Shown: positions 25,976-40,900, counted from the stretch's first letter. The stretch is DNA of 64,000 nt from Eledone cirrhosa (GCA_964016885.1 OZ024741.1:306404001-306468000), one strand, 5' to 3'. A program made the numbers and translations. The notes: a model not told the origin generated them from the sequence alone.

Positions 25976-28900
25976 GTGTGTGTGTATGTATGTAAAAGTT
26001 AAACAGAAATAACACAATCGGTGCAGTATATGGAAGGGATATATTAGGTTAACGCTTGAAATAACAGAAAGAGGGTCTTAACGTTTCGAACGATAGTCCT
26101 TCATCAGAAGACACATATGCATATATAATAATAATTAGGGAACAAAGAAGCAGTGGTGGATCATATACATATCTAATCACATATTAAATGTTTCACTGCC
26201 AATCAGCTCAAGGTATGATTGATTATGTTCATTCCTGACTCTGGAATCGAAAGCTCCCCATTATGTGCTTTCACATGGAGACTCACGTCCAAATGTTGCT
26301 GAATTATTAGACACCTGGTTTGGTATTTTGGGTTGTCACAAACGTTGTTAGAAGAAATAGGTCATCGTCAATTTCATCATGCATATATCTGATCTCCCAA
26401 AATGCCATTGCCATGACAAAAAAGTCTACCCTATATGTTGATCAGGTGCCACAACAAAAGCACCCAGTCTATCCTGTAAGATAGTCATGATGATGATACT
26501 CTAGATCAGGGGCATGCAACGGGTGGCCTGCTAGCCACAATCCGGCCTGCCAGACCAGTCAGAGTGGCCCACGATGACCATTTTTTATTTTTACCTTGTA
26601 GGCTTATTTAGAATATTTTTCGTAACCTTAATACAATTTTCTGTTAGTTGACCTATACTAAAAGGCTTCACTGATAGGGTTATGTGTGCTATGATTTCCT
26701 AGTTTCATGTTATGGAAAGAAGTTGTGGTGAATCTTTGGAATAGTGCTCAATAAATATTAATGGCTCTAATAGTTGTTCCAATGTTCAAAAGTGGCTCAC
26801 CAATGGAATATGTTGCACACCCCTGCTCTAGATACATCAAGTTAATGGCCCTGGTCTTGAAAGTTGCTGAAAGGGTTATAGCATAACTAATTAGGGACAG
26901 AATAAAGTTAGATGAAATGCTGTTTGGATTTATGCCAGATAAGGGCACTAATGATGCTCTCTTTCTGGTGAGACAACTACAGAAGTATTTAGCTAAGAGT
27001 GCTATCTAGCATTTGTAGATCTGGAGAAGGCCTTTGACAGGATCCCATGGTCCATAATCTGGTGGGCACTTAGGAAGCTAGGTGTAGACAAATGGCTTAT
27101 GAGGGCCATGCAAGCCATGTATAGAAGAGTGAGAGATGGCAATGGGTACACTGATGAATTTTAAGTACATGTGGGGGTCCACCAGGGCTCAGTCCTGAGT
27201 CCACTCCTGTTTATCATTGTACTTCGTCTGTAGAAGAGTTAGAAGCAAAATCTTTCTCTTTCTCTGAAGAGAAATCCTAATGTTTCAGAGGCAGTTTTAA
27301 AATAGATACACCATACCCTTGTATGTCATAAAAAGCAACTGAAAAAGTTTTGTTAGCAAGGGCATTTTGACATATAACACTTCCTCAAAAAGTCCAGTTC
27401 AACCCTTTCCTGCATGAAAAAACACATAAAATGATGACAACAAAGATGAAGATGAATATGATTATGATGATATTATATCAATACCCCTATTTCAATAAGT
27501 CTCATGTGGTAATCCCAGTCAAAGGCATTCATTTTCGTGTCGTATCTTGCTTTCAGATAGCATCGTAATCTGTTCTCCCTAAAAAAAATAAATGAATTTA
27601 AAAAATAATAATAATGGTTTCTAATTTAGGAACAAGGTGAGCAATTTGCATGTGTGTGTGTGTATATGGCAGAGGGAAGAAGAGTTAATTGAATTGATCT
27701 AAATATTTGACTGATACTTTATTTTATCAACTCTAGAAGGACGAAGGGCAAAGTTGACCGTGACAGGATTTGAACACTCAGGATATAAAGGACTGGAACA
27801 AATACTGCATGGTATTCTGCCAATCAACCATCCTCATAACAACAACAATTATAATAATACTAATGGAGGAGGTTATAGTTCACTTGAAGCATTGTGTAAT
27901 GAGGTATAAACGTTTGTATATGTATAATAAAGCCAAAACAATGCAGGTATGGACATAGAATAAAGAATGCAAATGCAAAAGATATTGTTGACAATTAGTC
28001 TTTTACCTTAGATTTATTTAAATGTCCTTAATTTTCGAGATAATATCTCTTCTTCAGAGCGAAGTAAAGAAGAGATATTATCTCGAAAATTAAGGACATT
28101 TAAATAAATCTAAGGTAAAAGACTAATTGTCAACAATATCTTTTGCATTTGCATTCTTTATTCTATGTCCATACCTGCATTGTTTTGGCTTTATTATACA
28201 TATACAAACGTTTAATAATACTAATGTTTTCTGATTTAGGCACATGGCCAGAAAGTCGATTAAACCTACCCTAGTATATTACTGGTGCTTTATTTTATCG
28301 ACCCCATAAGGATGAAAGGCAAAGCTAACCTTGGCGAGATTTGAAATCAGAACATAAAGGGCCATAACTCTATGCCACAAAGCATATTGTCCGACGCTCT
28401 ACCTATACTGTCAATTCACTGACCAACTATAATAATAATAATTATTAATTCTTTATTGTTCATATATATACCACAAAGACAATAAAAGAAGCCATTAATG
28501 AGACAGGATACAAAAAGTGTTGCATGGCATGGGGGTCCCACGTAAATCAGATGAAGAAAAAGTGGACATGCCTACAAAATCAGCTCCCATGACTTTCGGA
28601 AACATTTTTTCACGCTCAGAGTTGCTGAAGCATGGAACAAACTGCCTGCATCAGTTGTTAGTTGCCGAGACACTGCAGCCTTTAAAACCCTCATGCTTCC
28701 CGAAATTCGTCAAAACTACACCTGATGTACCCCTTCCATACACATGCACACATGTGTATATCATGACTCATGCACTGTTCATTTTTCTGACGTTTGTACA
28801 TTACCCTATGTACTATACATGCACTTTTTGATGAGTTGTAGTGCACCTGAGCACTGTACACAATATTTCATTATTATTATTATATACAGTTTACGGCGGT

Positions 28901-31900
28901 AAATTTGCAGTATCGGTAGAGGGTTGGACACAATGCTTTCTAGCACAGTTACGTCCCTTCACAGTCTGAGTTCAAATCCCGCCGAGGTTAACTTTGCCTT
29001 TCATCCTTACGGGGTCGATAAAATAAAGTACCAGTAATGTACTGGGTAATTGCTGGCCTTGTGCCTAAAGTAGAAACAATTATTATATACAGTTTACAAA
29101 TGTATAATAGAGTCATCTCATCATCATCATCATCATCATTTTACGTCCGCTCTTCCCTGCTTTCAAGGGTGGGACAATTTAAATAATTTAGATGTTAATA
29201 GCTTTGTTCAACAGGAGTGAAAATAATTGAATGTGATGACTAATTGTTAATGATCTCTCAGAAAAACAGGTTTGTTAATTCAAGTGTCTATAGTATATTT
29301 ACTAGTGGACAGATCATTGAGAAAATTTGCAGTAATAGAACAAAAACTTCAATATTTAATGTGTTGTAGGCATTGTACTTTTCAAGAATGATTTGATAAT
29401 GTGGTTTCATGTGGTACAGGGTGTTAAGAGTTAATAAGATCTGAATACCAAATAACGAGAATCAAACTTACCAACACATGCTAATATCAAACAAATCTTT
29501 ATTTGTGTTCCGCCAAAATTTCATAATCCCTTCCAAGAAATCTCTTTCTTTGAACTACTATGCCAAATAAATACAGGGAAATAATAGTTATTTTTATAGG
29601 CATATTGTATCATAAAAAAAAATGAAATAAACAACAAACCACATTTAAAAAAAATCTGTTTAGCCTTTTTAATATCAAACCACCTGAAACCGGCTTTGAT
29701 TCTATGATACTAAGACACTTAATATAAAGAATGATGTGCCCATCCTCGAAGATGCTATAAAATAGCTTATAAAGTAGATTGAAGACCATTTAACCCTTTA
29801 GCATTTAAACCGGCCATATTCGGCCAAAACTCTCTCACTTTTTTCTGTTCAAACCAGCCATAACCAGCTGCTCATACTTATGTTAAGGTATTCTCAAAAT
29901 AAATATCAAAATCTTGTAGATTCGATATTATGTGAGATAAAGTGTTTACCATGAAAAAAAACAATAGTAAATATAGAATAATGTAAATGCTAAAGGGTGA
30001 AAGATGGAAAAAGAAGTTGACATCAGCCACTATGAGGAATCAAACCTTGTATCGCCCAGATACCAGCTAGGTGCTTTAGACCATTAAGCCAAGGGACTGT
30101 GACAACTCTTACTATCTTAAATTAGATAGCTGAATCACAGCTTTCAAATGTCAACAGACATTGTATGTAAACAAACATCATGTATACATAGTAAATCTCT
30201 TGTCCAATGTTCTACCGATATTGCCAAGCCACCGCTCTAAACAGCAGCTTAATAATGAAAAGTTTATTATTTTTCTAAATCCCTCCAAATTCTGAATCTA
30301 TACTGTTTCTCTATGTCTGTTACTACCAAACTGTTACATGGATGAAAACATGGAAAAACTGATTACCTTTAATCTTGAGAGATCAACAATAGGTAACTTT
30401 TCTTTTAAATAATTGAAGTCAGTTATCATCCTAAAAATAAAAAAATAACTTAAATTAAAATAAAACCTCAAAACAGATTTGGATTGCCTAAAATAATAAG
30501 GGTTGAAACAAAGTCTTTCATCTTTAGAAATACACATCTCTGGAATTCAAGGATGGTACTTATAATGCGTAATTCCTTCTCCGAGTTATGCAACTAATTT
30601 TCCCAAATAAAATAATTTCAACTTACAATTTGGTAAGCTAATAAACCTAGTTTTGACATGTCTTGCACTGACTAGAATAATAAAATTACTAGGCCTACAT
30701 TTCCCACTACACAGTCCACTCACCCACACTAAATCAGATGACTGGTCAGAAGACCATACAACTTTCTCCATTACTTTGCAAATAAATAACAGATGAGAAA
30801 ATCTGGTAAATAACTATGAATACAGAAAAACATGGATATAGTCAATCACTATAAATAATAGTTGAAAAAATGAGGTAAATTACCACTGGAGACAGCAAAA
30901 AGTGGACACTGCTGTCCACTTTTTTCTATCTCCAGTGGTATTTACCTCATTTTCTCAACTGCTTTTTATAGTAATCAACTATTATTATGGTAATTTGTGT
31001 TGGAATGCACACATTGTATAAAGTTTAGAAAAGAGATAACTGCAGGCATTGCACTTTTCCAACAAAATACACATGTAAAGGTGCAGTGCATTAAGAACAC
31101 ATATTTTCTAAATATCCTAGTATTTTCCAACATACTTCCCAACCCCATGGCATAACTGTAGACAATACATAATGTGTGATGACATAACCGTAGACTATAC
31201 ACAGTACATGAGTGTGTGATGACATAACTGTAGACTATACACAGTACATGAGTGTGTGATGACATAACTGTAGACTATATATAGTACATGAGTGTGTGAT
31301 GACATAACTACAGACTATATATAGTACATGAGTGTGTGATGACATAATTGTAGACTATATATAGTACATGAGTGTGGGATGACATAACTGCAGACTATAT
31401 ATAGTACATGAGTGTGTGATGACATAACTGTAGACTATATATAGTACATGAGTGTGTGATGACATAACTACAGACTATATATAGTACATGAGTGTGTGAT
31501 GACATAACTGTAGACTATATATAGTACATGAGTGTGTGATGACATAACTACAGACTATATATAGTACATGAGTGTGTAGTGACATAACTGTAGACTATAT
31601 ATACTACATAAGTGTGTGATGACATAACTACAGACTATATATAGTACATGAGTGTATGATGACATAACTACAGACTATACATAGTGCATGAGTGTGTGAT
31701 GACATAACTACAGACTATACATAGTACATGAGTGTGTGATGACATAACTACAGACTATATATAGTGCATGAGTGTCTGATGACATAACTACAGACTATAG
31801 ATAGTACATGAGTGTGTGATGACATAACTGTAGACTATATATAGTACATGAGTGTGTGATGACATAACTACAGACTATATATATAGTACATAAGTGTGTG

Positions 31901-34900
31901 ATGACATAACTACAGCCTATATATAGTACATGAGTGTGTGATGACATAACTACAGACTATATATAGTACATGAGTGTGTGATGACATAACTACAGACTAT
32001 ATATAGTACATGAGTGTGTAGTGACATAACTACAGACTATATATATAGTACATGAGTGTGTGATGACATAACTACAGACTATATATAGTACATGAGTGTG
32101 TGATGACATAACTACAGCCTATACATAGTACATGAGTGTGTGATGACATAACTACAGACTATACATACTACATGAGTGTGTGATGACATAACTGTAGACT
32201 ATATATAGTACATGAGTGTGTGATGACATAACTACAGACTATATATAGTACATGAGCGTGTGATAACATAACTACAGACTATATGTAGTACATGAGTGTG
32301 TGATTACATAACTACAGCCTATACATAGTACATGAGTGTGTGATGACATTACAGACTATACATAGTACATGAGTGTGTGATGACATAACTGTAGACTATA
32401 TATAGTACATGAGTGTGCGATGACATAACTACAGCCTATATATAGTACAGAGTGTGTGATGACATTACAGACTATACATAGTACATGAGTGTGTGATGAC
32501 ATAACTGTAGACTATACATAGTACATGAGTGTGTGATGACATAACTACAGACTATATATAGTACATGAGTGTGTGATGACATAACTGTAGACTATATATA
32601 GTACATGAGTGTGTGATGACATAACTACAGACTATATATAGTACATGAGTGTCTGATGACATAACTACAGACTATACATAGTATATGAGTGTGTGATAAC
32701 ATAACTACAGCCTATATATAGTACATGAGTGAGTGATGACATAACTACAGCCTATATATAGTACATGAGTGTGTGATGACATAACTGTAGACTATACATA
32801 GTACATGAGTGTGTGATGACATAACTGTAGACTATATATAGTACATGAGTGTGTAGTGACATAACTACAGACTATATATATTACATGAGTGTGTGATGAC
32901 ATAACTACAGACTATATATAGTACATGAGTGTGTGATGACATAACTGCAGACTATATATAGTACATGAGTGTGTGATGACATAACTACAGCCTATATATA
33001 GTACATGAGTGTGTGATGACATAACTGTAGACTATATATAGTACATGAGTGTGTGATAACATAACAGTAGACTATATATAGTACATGAGTGTGTGATGAC
33101 ATAAGTGCAGACTATATATAGTACATGAGTGTGTGATGACATAACTACAGACTATATATATAGTACATAAGTGTGTGATGACATAACTACAGCCTATACA
33201 TAGTACATGAGTGTGTGATGACATAACTACAGACTATATATAGTACATGAGTGTGTGATGACATAACTACAGACTATATATAGTACATGAGTGTGTAGTG
33301 ACATAACTACAGACTATATATATAGTACATGAGTGTGTGATGACATAACTACAGACTATATATAGTACATGAGTGTGTGATGACATAACTACAGCCTATA
33401 CATAGTACATGAGTGTGTGATGACATAACTACAGACTATACATACTACATGAGTGTGTGATGACATAACTGTAGACTATATATAGTACATGAGTGTGTGA
33501 TGACATAACTACAGACTATATATAGTACATGAGTGTGTGATGACATAACTACAGACTATATGTAGTACATGAGTGTGTGATTACATAACTACAGCCTATA
33601 CATAGTACATGAGTGTGTGATGACATTACAGACTATACATAGTACATGAGTGTGTGATGACATAACTGTAGACTATATATAGTACATGAGTGTGCGATGA
33701 CATAACTACAGCCTATATATAGTACATGAGTGTGTGATGACATGACTGCAGACTATATATAGTACATGAGTGTGTGATGCCATAACTGTAGACTATATAT
33801 AGTACATGAGTGTGTGATGACATAACTGTAGACTATATATAGTACATGAGTGTCTGATGACATAACTGCAGACTATATATATAGTACATGAGTGTGTGAT
33901 GATATAACTGCAGACTATATATAGTACATGAGTGTGTGATGACATAATTGTAGACTATATATAGTACATGAGTGTGTAGTGACATAACTACAGACTATAT
34001 ATAGTACATGAGTGTGTAGTGACATAACTGCAGACTATATATAGTACATGAGTGTGTGATGACATAACTACAGACTATATATAGTACATGAGTGTGTAGT
34101 GACATAACTGTAGACTATATATAGTACATGAGTGTGTGATGACATAACTACAGACTATATATAGTACATGAGTGTGTAGTGACATAACTGCAGACTATAT
34201 ATAGTACATGAGCGTGTGATGACATAACTACAGACTATATATAGTACATGAGTGTGTAGTGACATAACTGTAGACTATATATAGTACATGAGTGTGATGA
34301 CATAACTACAGACTATATATAGTACATGAATGTGTAGTGACGTAACTGCAGACTATATATAGTACATGAGTGTGTAGTGACGTAACTGTAGACTATATAT
34401 AGTACATGTATGTGTTATGACATAACTGTAGACTATATATAGTACATGAGTGTCTGATGACATAACTACAGACTATATATAGTACATGAGTGTGTAGTGA
34501 CATAACTGCAGACTATATATAGTACATGAGTGTGTGATGACATAACAGCAGACTACATATAGTACATGAGTGTGTGATGACATAACAGCAGACTATACAC
34601 AGTACATGAGTGTGTGATGACATAACTGCAGACTACATATAGTACATGAGTGTGTGATGACATAACTGCAGACTACATATAGTACATGAGTGTGTAGTGA
34701 CAAGGTGGATGAAAAGGAAAGGTGCTGATCAAAGGATTGGACAAACAAAACAATGTTTCCATTGGTCTTTCCATTGTTGATAAATTATGCCTGTTGCAAT
34801 ATTTTACAGAGAACTCTGGGTGAGCTTTATTGCAACACTAGCAATAGGGAGGTTGCCATATACTTGACTAGACTGGTGTGTCTTGTCTTCCTTTTAGTGT

Positions 34901-37900
34901 CTCCAAATCAGTTTGTTTTTAATTCAGTGAAAATATTTCTAGTGTTTCAAAAGTGATGGATGAACAGAAATTACACACTGTAAATTATAGTAATCAGCAT
35001 CATCATCATTACTATTCAACATCAATTTTCCTTGCTTGCATGTGTTATGCGGGCTGTTATGTTATGAGGCTAGACAGATCAAGTGACCATATCTTGCTCA
35101 CATACATTGTTTTGGGCTTGGTTTGCTATGCCTGAAAACCCTTCCTAACACCAACCACCTCACTGCATGTACTTAGAGCTTTTTTCTGGCACTAGTATGA
35201 TCATTAATGGATGAACTGGAGGCTTTTTGCAGTGGCACCAGCATTACCATCTCACAGAACCCATTGCATGCATTTTATCATTACACCAGTATGACCACCT
35301 TACAGGGTAGACTGGACACATTTTGTCATACCACTAGTACTTTTAAAGCAATTGCCAGGTAGTGAATAGAAGTATTTGACAAAGAATGATGAACAAAGAA
35401 AATTTGATAATATTTTTTTTACATCTTTATCACCTGATAAACTCATTGCACATCTTCTGCAAATATTTGAGAGATTGCTTCCGAATTAAAGAATTTCCAT
35501 ACAACTCCAGATACAGTTCCACTTTATCTGGAAGGGAATATTAATTGCATAGTGATATAATGGAATAGAACACAATCTAAAGCAGTATAATAGTAACATC
35601 ATAGGTTTCACACCTATCTTCATCACCCCACTACCACCACCACCATTATCATATATCATTCATCATCATCATTTCATTTTACGTCCGCTTTTTCCCTGCT
35701 TGCAAGGGTAGGACGGGAACTGATTCTGGCTTGATTTCTATAGCTGGATGCCCTTCCTAACACCAACCTCATTTACAGTGAGTGCTAGGTGCTTTTTTGC
35801 CGTGGCACCTCCACGACCACTTTGCAGTGGAATGATAGGGACTGGGGTCCCTATCATTTCATTTCTACAGCTGAGCAAACTGGAGCAATGTGAAATAAAG
35901 TGTCTTGCTCAAGGAAACAACACATCACCCAGTCTGAGAATTGAACTCACAATCTTTCGATTGCAAGGCCAATGCTCTAACCACTAAGCCATGTGCCTCC
36001 ATTTATATATTATCATCACCATTTAACATTCATTTTTCCATGTTAGCATGGGTTAGACGAGCTGTCCCATTGCGAGACAAGCCAGATCAGATGACCATGT
36101 CTTGCTGAAACAGAACTGATTTTGGTTTGGTTTCTATGACTTGATGCTCTTCCTAATGCCAACTACATTTACAGTGTGGACTTGGTGCTTTTTGTCATGA
36201 CACCTACATGACCACTTTACAGTGTGGACTGGGTGCTTTTTGTCATGACACCTACATGACCACTTTACAGTGTGAACTTGGTGCTTTTTGTCATGACACC
36301 TACATGACCACTTTACAGTGTGGACTGGGTGCTTTTTATCATGATGCCTACATGACCACTTTACAGTGTGGACTGAGTACTTTTTGTCGTGTCACCAACT
36401 CAACCCCTTTACAGTGTGGGCTGAGTGCTTTTTGTTGTGGCACCAAAACAACCACTTTGATAGCATGGACTAGGAACTTGGGTGGGGAGGTGCATGGAGA
36501 TTGGAGAGGTAAATCTAGGAATGTGGGTGAGGGGTGGGGGTGCTAGGGCATGTTTGGGATATATGAATAAATACATTAACATTAAAAGAATGAGTACTCA
36601 AGTCATATAGTAGCGTATAGAATTTATTTTACAATGAAATTTCTATGCCCCTCAAAGTGGGAAATTTAACACTCAATAACAGACAGAACTATACGTATCA
36701 GCCCTTACAAGCCTCTGAAACACTGAGTTTATAAAATAATAGTTTTCAGTTCCATCCATTTAATTTTTATGTAATGATTTAGCAGAAAATCTCCATAAAA
36801 ATGATTGTTAAATAAGATGTTTATAGTATCTTTACTAGTGGACAGATCATTATGAAAATTTGCAGTACTGTAATCAAGTTATAGTGCTGCTTTCTACTGC
36901 ACAAGAATATTTTGCTAATATGGTTTCAAAGAGTTATCATCTTCAATATTTTGGTAAAAATAATATAGCTTAAAACTATAAATACCTTGAAGTCCAAGTA
37001 GTTTGGGTGACTGTAATGCAATAGCCAGGAGCAATAAATGTCTGGCATAGATTTCAAAACGACTTTCCAGAATGTAAAACTACAATTAAAGAAAAAGAAA
37101 TCAAATTTTCAGTCAACATAACACTTTCATGACCATATTTCTAAAGAAAAACACTGTTTATGTATTTTAAGGTACTATTGGGTCCCAAATAAGTAGGGAG
37201 GGGGTTGGAAAATCGATAATTTTTCTAAGTTGTCTCTCTTGATTTTTTTAAAAACCAGAATTAGTCATTTAATTTACATATTGAGACCCCAACCCATCCT
37301 ATTTATTTTATAATGTATGGAATTTCTAGTAATGTTCTTTTTTTGTCATGTATAATGTTTCTTAATGTCTAAAGAAAATTAATTGTCACAGGAATGACAC
37401 AACTTAAAATAAATTCCGCTGGATAGATTAGTAAAATTTAATAAATGAAAGGGCGTGTAGGGGGGAGGGGTCTCTGAAAAACGGGGAGGGGGTATTCATG
37501 ACCTGAGAGTATCTGATATAGTGCCTTACATTACATTTTTGCATTTAACTCTTCCATGACCATATTTCATATGAAATAAACTGTATTTCGATTACTTAAG
37601 GAAGATTTTGGAAGAATTTACTAAAATGATTATATCATTATTAAGGTCACTTTTGTAAAGTGTAGGCACCACGGTAAAAAAGCACCCAGCACTCAAGACA
37701 AGGTCATCTGACCTGGCATTGCCCACAACAGGACAACCCATCTAATCCATACTAGTGTGGCAGAATGGACGTAAAACGGTGATGATGATGATGAACTTAA
37801 CGAAAGGTTTATATATCAAAATAAATGTGAACATTTTAAAATGAGCAGTTTTATATAATAAAACTTGAGGTAGATTTGGGTGGGTTAAGAATCAAAATGA

Positions 37901-40900
37901 CTAAAGTTAGAATAAAAATATTAACACAATCCCAGCTAAAGTAGCATGTTAAAATGTAATTCAAGAACTATTTTTTTACCATTTAGTCAGGGAGGGGAAG
38001 GTAGTGTTCATAACAGATTATTCTTTTCAGGGTCACTGTGAATAGTGGGTAGGAGGAAGGGAGAGAAGTTATTCTCAAATTGGAGATTTTACTTAAATGC
38101 TGGCCACAAAGTGGACTCTACTTAAGACACCCAAAGGACCAGCTGATAAACTTATGAATTTTAAAATATAATTTATGTTAGCATGTCCTAGATCATCACA
38201 TCAAATTATTTTTTCTTACAACACAAACCTATGCACACTTACACGTGGAAAGAAATAGAAACTTACATGCAATTTTCTATTTATCTGTTTGTTAGTAGAA
38301 GTGACTGTCTTGAAAACATGGCGTAGATCAGCAGAACCAATTAGGAGTATATTTATAGGATCTGGAAAAATAACATATATAATTTGGTGATTTACATGAT
38401 ATACACATCAATCAAGTACACTCTGTAAAACAGTTGGTAATAGGAATTTGCCAAACAAAAGAGTAGGAAATCTCTTCAGCTAATCTTCCAAGCTGAAGAG
38501 ATTTACACAAAAAACACACTCAGTACACTCTGCAAAGTGGTTGGTGATAGGAAGGGCATCCAGTCACAGAAAGCCTGCCCAAAAAAGGGTTGGAAGGAGT
38601 CTTCAGTTGTGACAAAGACATGACAACCTCTCTATTGCTGGAGTCATGATAAAATACATTTGGAAGTGCAGAGAATCATATGTAAGAGAGTTGTAGGCTG
38701 CTGGCCCATCTAGATATGCTGTAGAATGCACGAGCATATACAAGTAAAATTAAAGCTCCTGGCTCATCCATGGGATCAGTACCTCCACTTGAGTACTAAC
38801 CCAGTCTAACCCGTTTTATCCTTACTAGCAGGGAAAGCAAAAAATGATGATGACAATAATGATACACAGACACACAGATAAATAAATAATTATATATATA
38901 CACACTAGACTAAAGTCCTAGTATATAGAAAGAAAAATGGGGCCCAGATCTCCTCAGAGAAATGGCCTTGCTCAGTGTGCAAGAAAGGAGTAGGTAGAAA
39001 TTCCATTCTATGTCCCAAATACAAGCTATGGGTACATAAAAGGTGTAGTGGGATCACAGACAGGCTATCAAAGAATATAGATTTTATATGCAGCTGATGC
39101 ATAGGTGCAGTAAGTAGCAAGTGTCAACAGGATACTAGATCCTTCAAATGCCCAGACTGTTCTGTAGAATTATTCGACAGTTTTCATTACCTAGGAGACC
39201 AAGTCAGCAGTAGAGGAGGATGTTCTGAAAGTACAGGGTAAGAATGGGATATAAAAAGTTCAGAGCTACTACCGCTACTAGCTACAAAAGGTTTTTCCCT
39301 TAAAATGAAAGTCAGATTGTATGATGCATGTATACAAACAATAATATTGCATGGTAGTGAGACCTGAGCACTGTGTGCAGAGGACCTGTGAAGATCGGAA
39401 AGAAACGATGCCTGCACGCTCCGATGGATGTGTAATAGTAATATACATGAATGGCAAAGCGCAAGTGAATTGAGAGAAATTGGGCAAAAGAAGGATAAGA
39501 TGCAGTATGCTAGAGAGGAGATTGTGTTGTTACGGTCATGTGATGTGTATGAATGATGACAGCTGTATAAAAAGGTGCAGAGCAATCAAAATTAATGGAA
39601 GCTATGGAGTAGGAAACCCAGAAAGACCTGGGATGAAGTGATAAAAGCTGACCTTGCACAATTGCACCTCTCAAAGAGGATCGATATCATTGGCGCTATG
39701 CTGTAATACAGAAGACCCACCTCTGCGCCACTATACCGCTTCCATACCCCAACACCCACTTCTGTTCATACCACACTGTAAAGTTGTGTTCGTATCACAA
39801 TAAAAAGCATCCAGCCCACACTGTAAAGTCATTGTGTAGGTGTCACAACAAAAAAGCACCCAGCCCACACTGTAAAGTGGTTGTGTAGATGTCAAGACAA
39901 AATACTCCCAGTGCACTCTGTAAAATGGTCATGCAGGTGTCATGACAAAAAGCACTCAGCACACACTGTAAATGTGGTTGGTGTTAGGAAGAGCATCTAG
40001 ACAAAGAAACCAAGCCAGAAACAGTTCTGTGTGAGCAAGACATGGTCACCTAACCTGACTTGCCTCAAATGGGACAACCTATCTAACCCATGCTAGCATG
40101 GAAAATGGATGTTAAACAATGATGATGATGATGTATATATACAAATAAGACCATTATTGTCCCAATCAGTCACCTCACCTTCAGTAAATGTCCTAAACTG
40201 AATGTCAACCTGTACCCATGACTTCTGCCAAACAAACCATATTTACTCTCCAAATTCATCAAATCATACACAGACCACCTATTCTCCCAAACATGACTTA
40301 CGCAACCAGACCTTAATACCCATCTAATGGGGAAGATAGACATTATCAAGCTGCAGCTGTCATATTACGTAATTGCTATATAATAAAGCCATCACTATTA
40401 TTATCTGCAGTGACTCTGACACCATTACGTAAGAGGCAGTGTTCCATCTTCTCCCATATACCGTTGATCTTAGACTGTCAAACTATCCACTTAGGTGATG
40501 TGATGCTGCGCACTGGGAAGTCTGGTTCTCACAAGATAACATAAAAACCAAATGAGATCATATCAGACAGTAGTAGAGATCTCTCTTTAATTACTACTTC
40601 AGTGCAAACAGGTTAAATTTCTATAGTTTCAATGTAAAATCACACACCCTTTACATTTTTTTACAAAAAATTACTATTTCAAGGCAAATATACTAAATTT
40701 ACTTAGATCTCAAAGCAAATAAATAAAAATTAAATTAAATTCCAAGCCCTATGCTTTCCAAAGCAAACTGAAACTAACCCCCAAAATGTTTAGAATCTCC
40801 CTGAAATACGCTAAGCTTCTACTACTTTAATGTAAATAAGTTAATTTCAAAGTCCTATGCCTTTCATCTGTAAACTAGAAATAACCCCCAAATTTTCCTA

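Noticed and set aside
26213-26260. attcc-tgactct-ggaat-CGAAAGCTC as another hammerhead (related sequence at ~1047-1093)
   Set aside because: No CUGANGA box at the required position and no stem I; at most a decayed remnant
31151-34701. Regular array with palindromic units resembling a CRISPR
   Set aside because: Units are contiguous with no unique spacers, there are no cas genes and the context is a eukaryotic intron; it is a satellite
36208-36546. Repeat protein (MTTLQCGLGAFCHDTY)n
   Set aside because: In-frame reading of a 48-bp non-coding tandem module from an RTE tail
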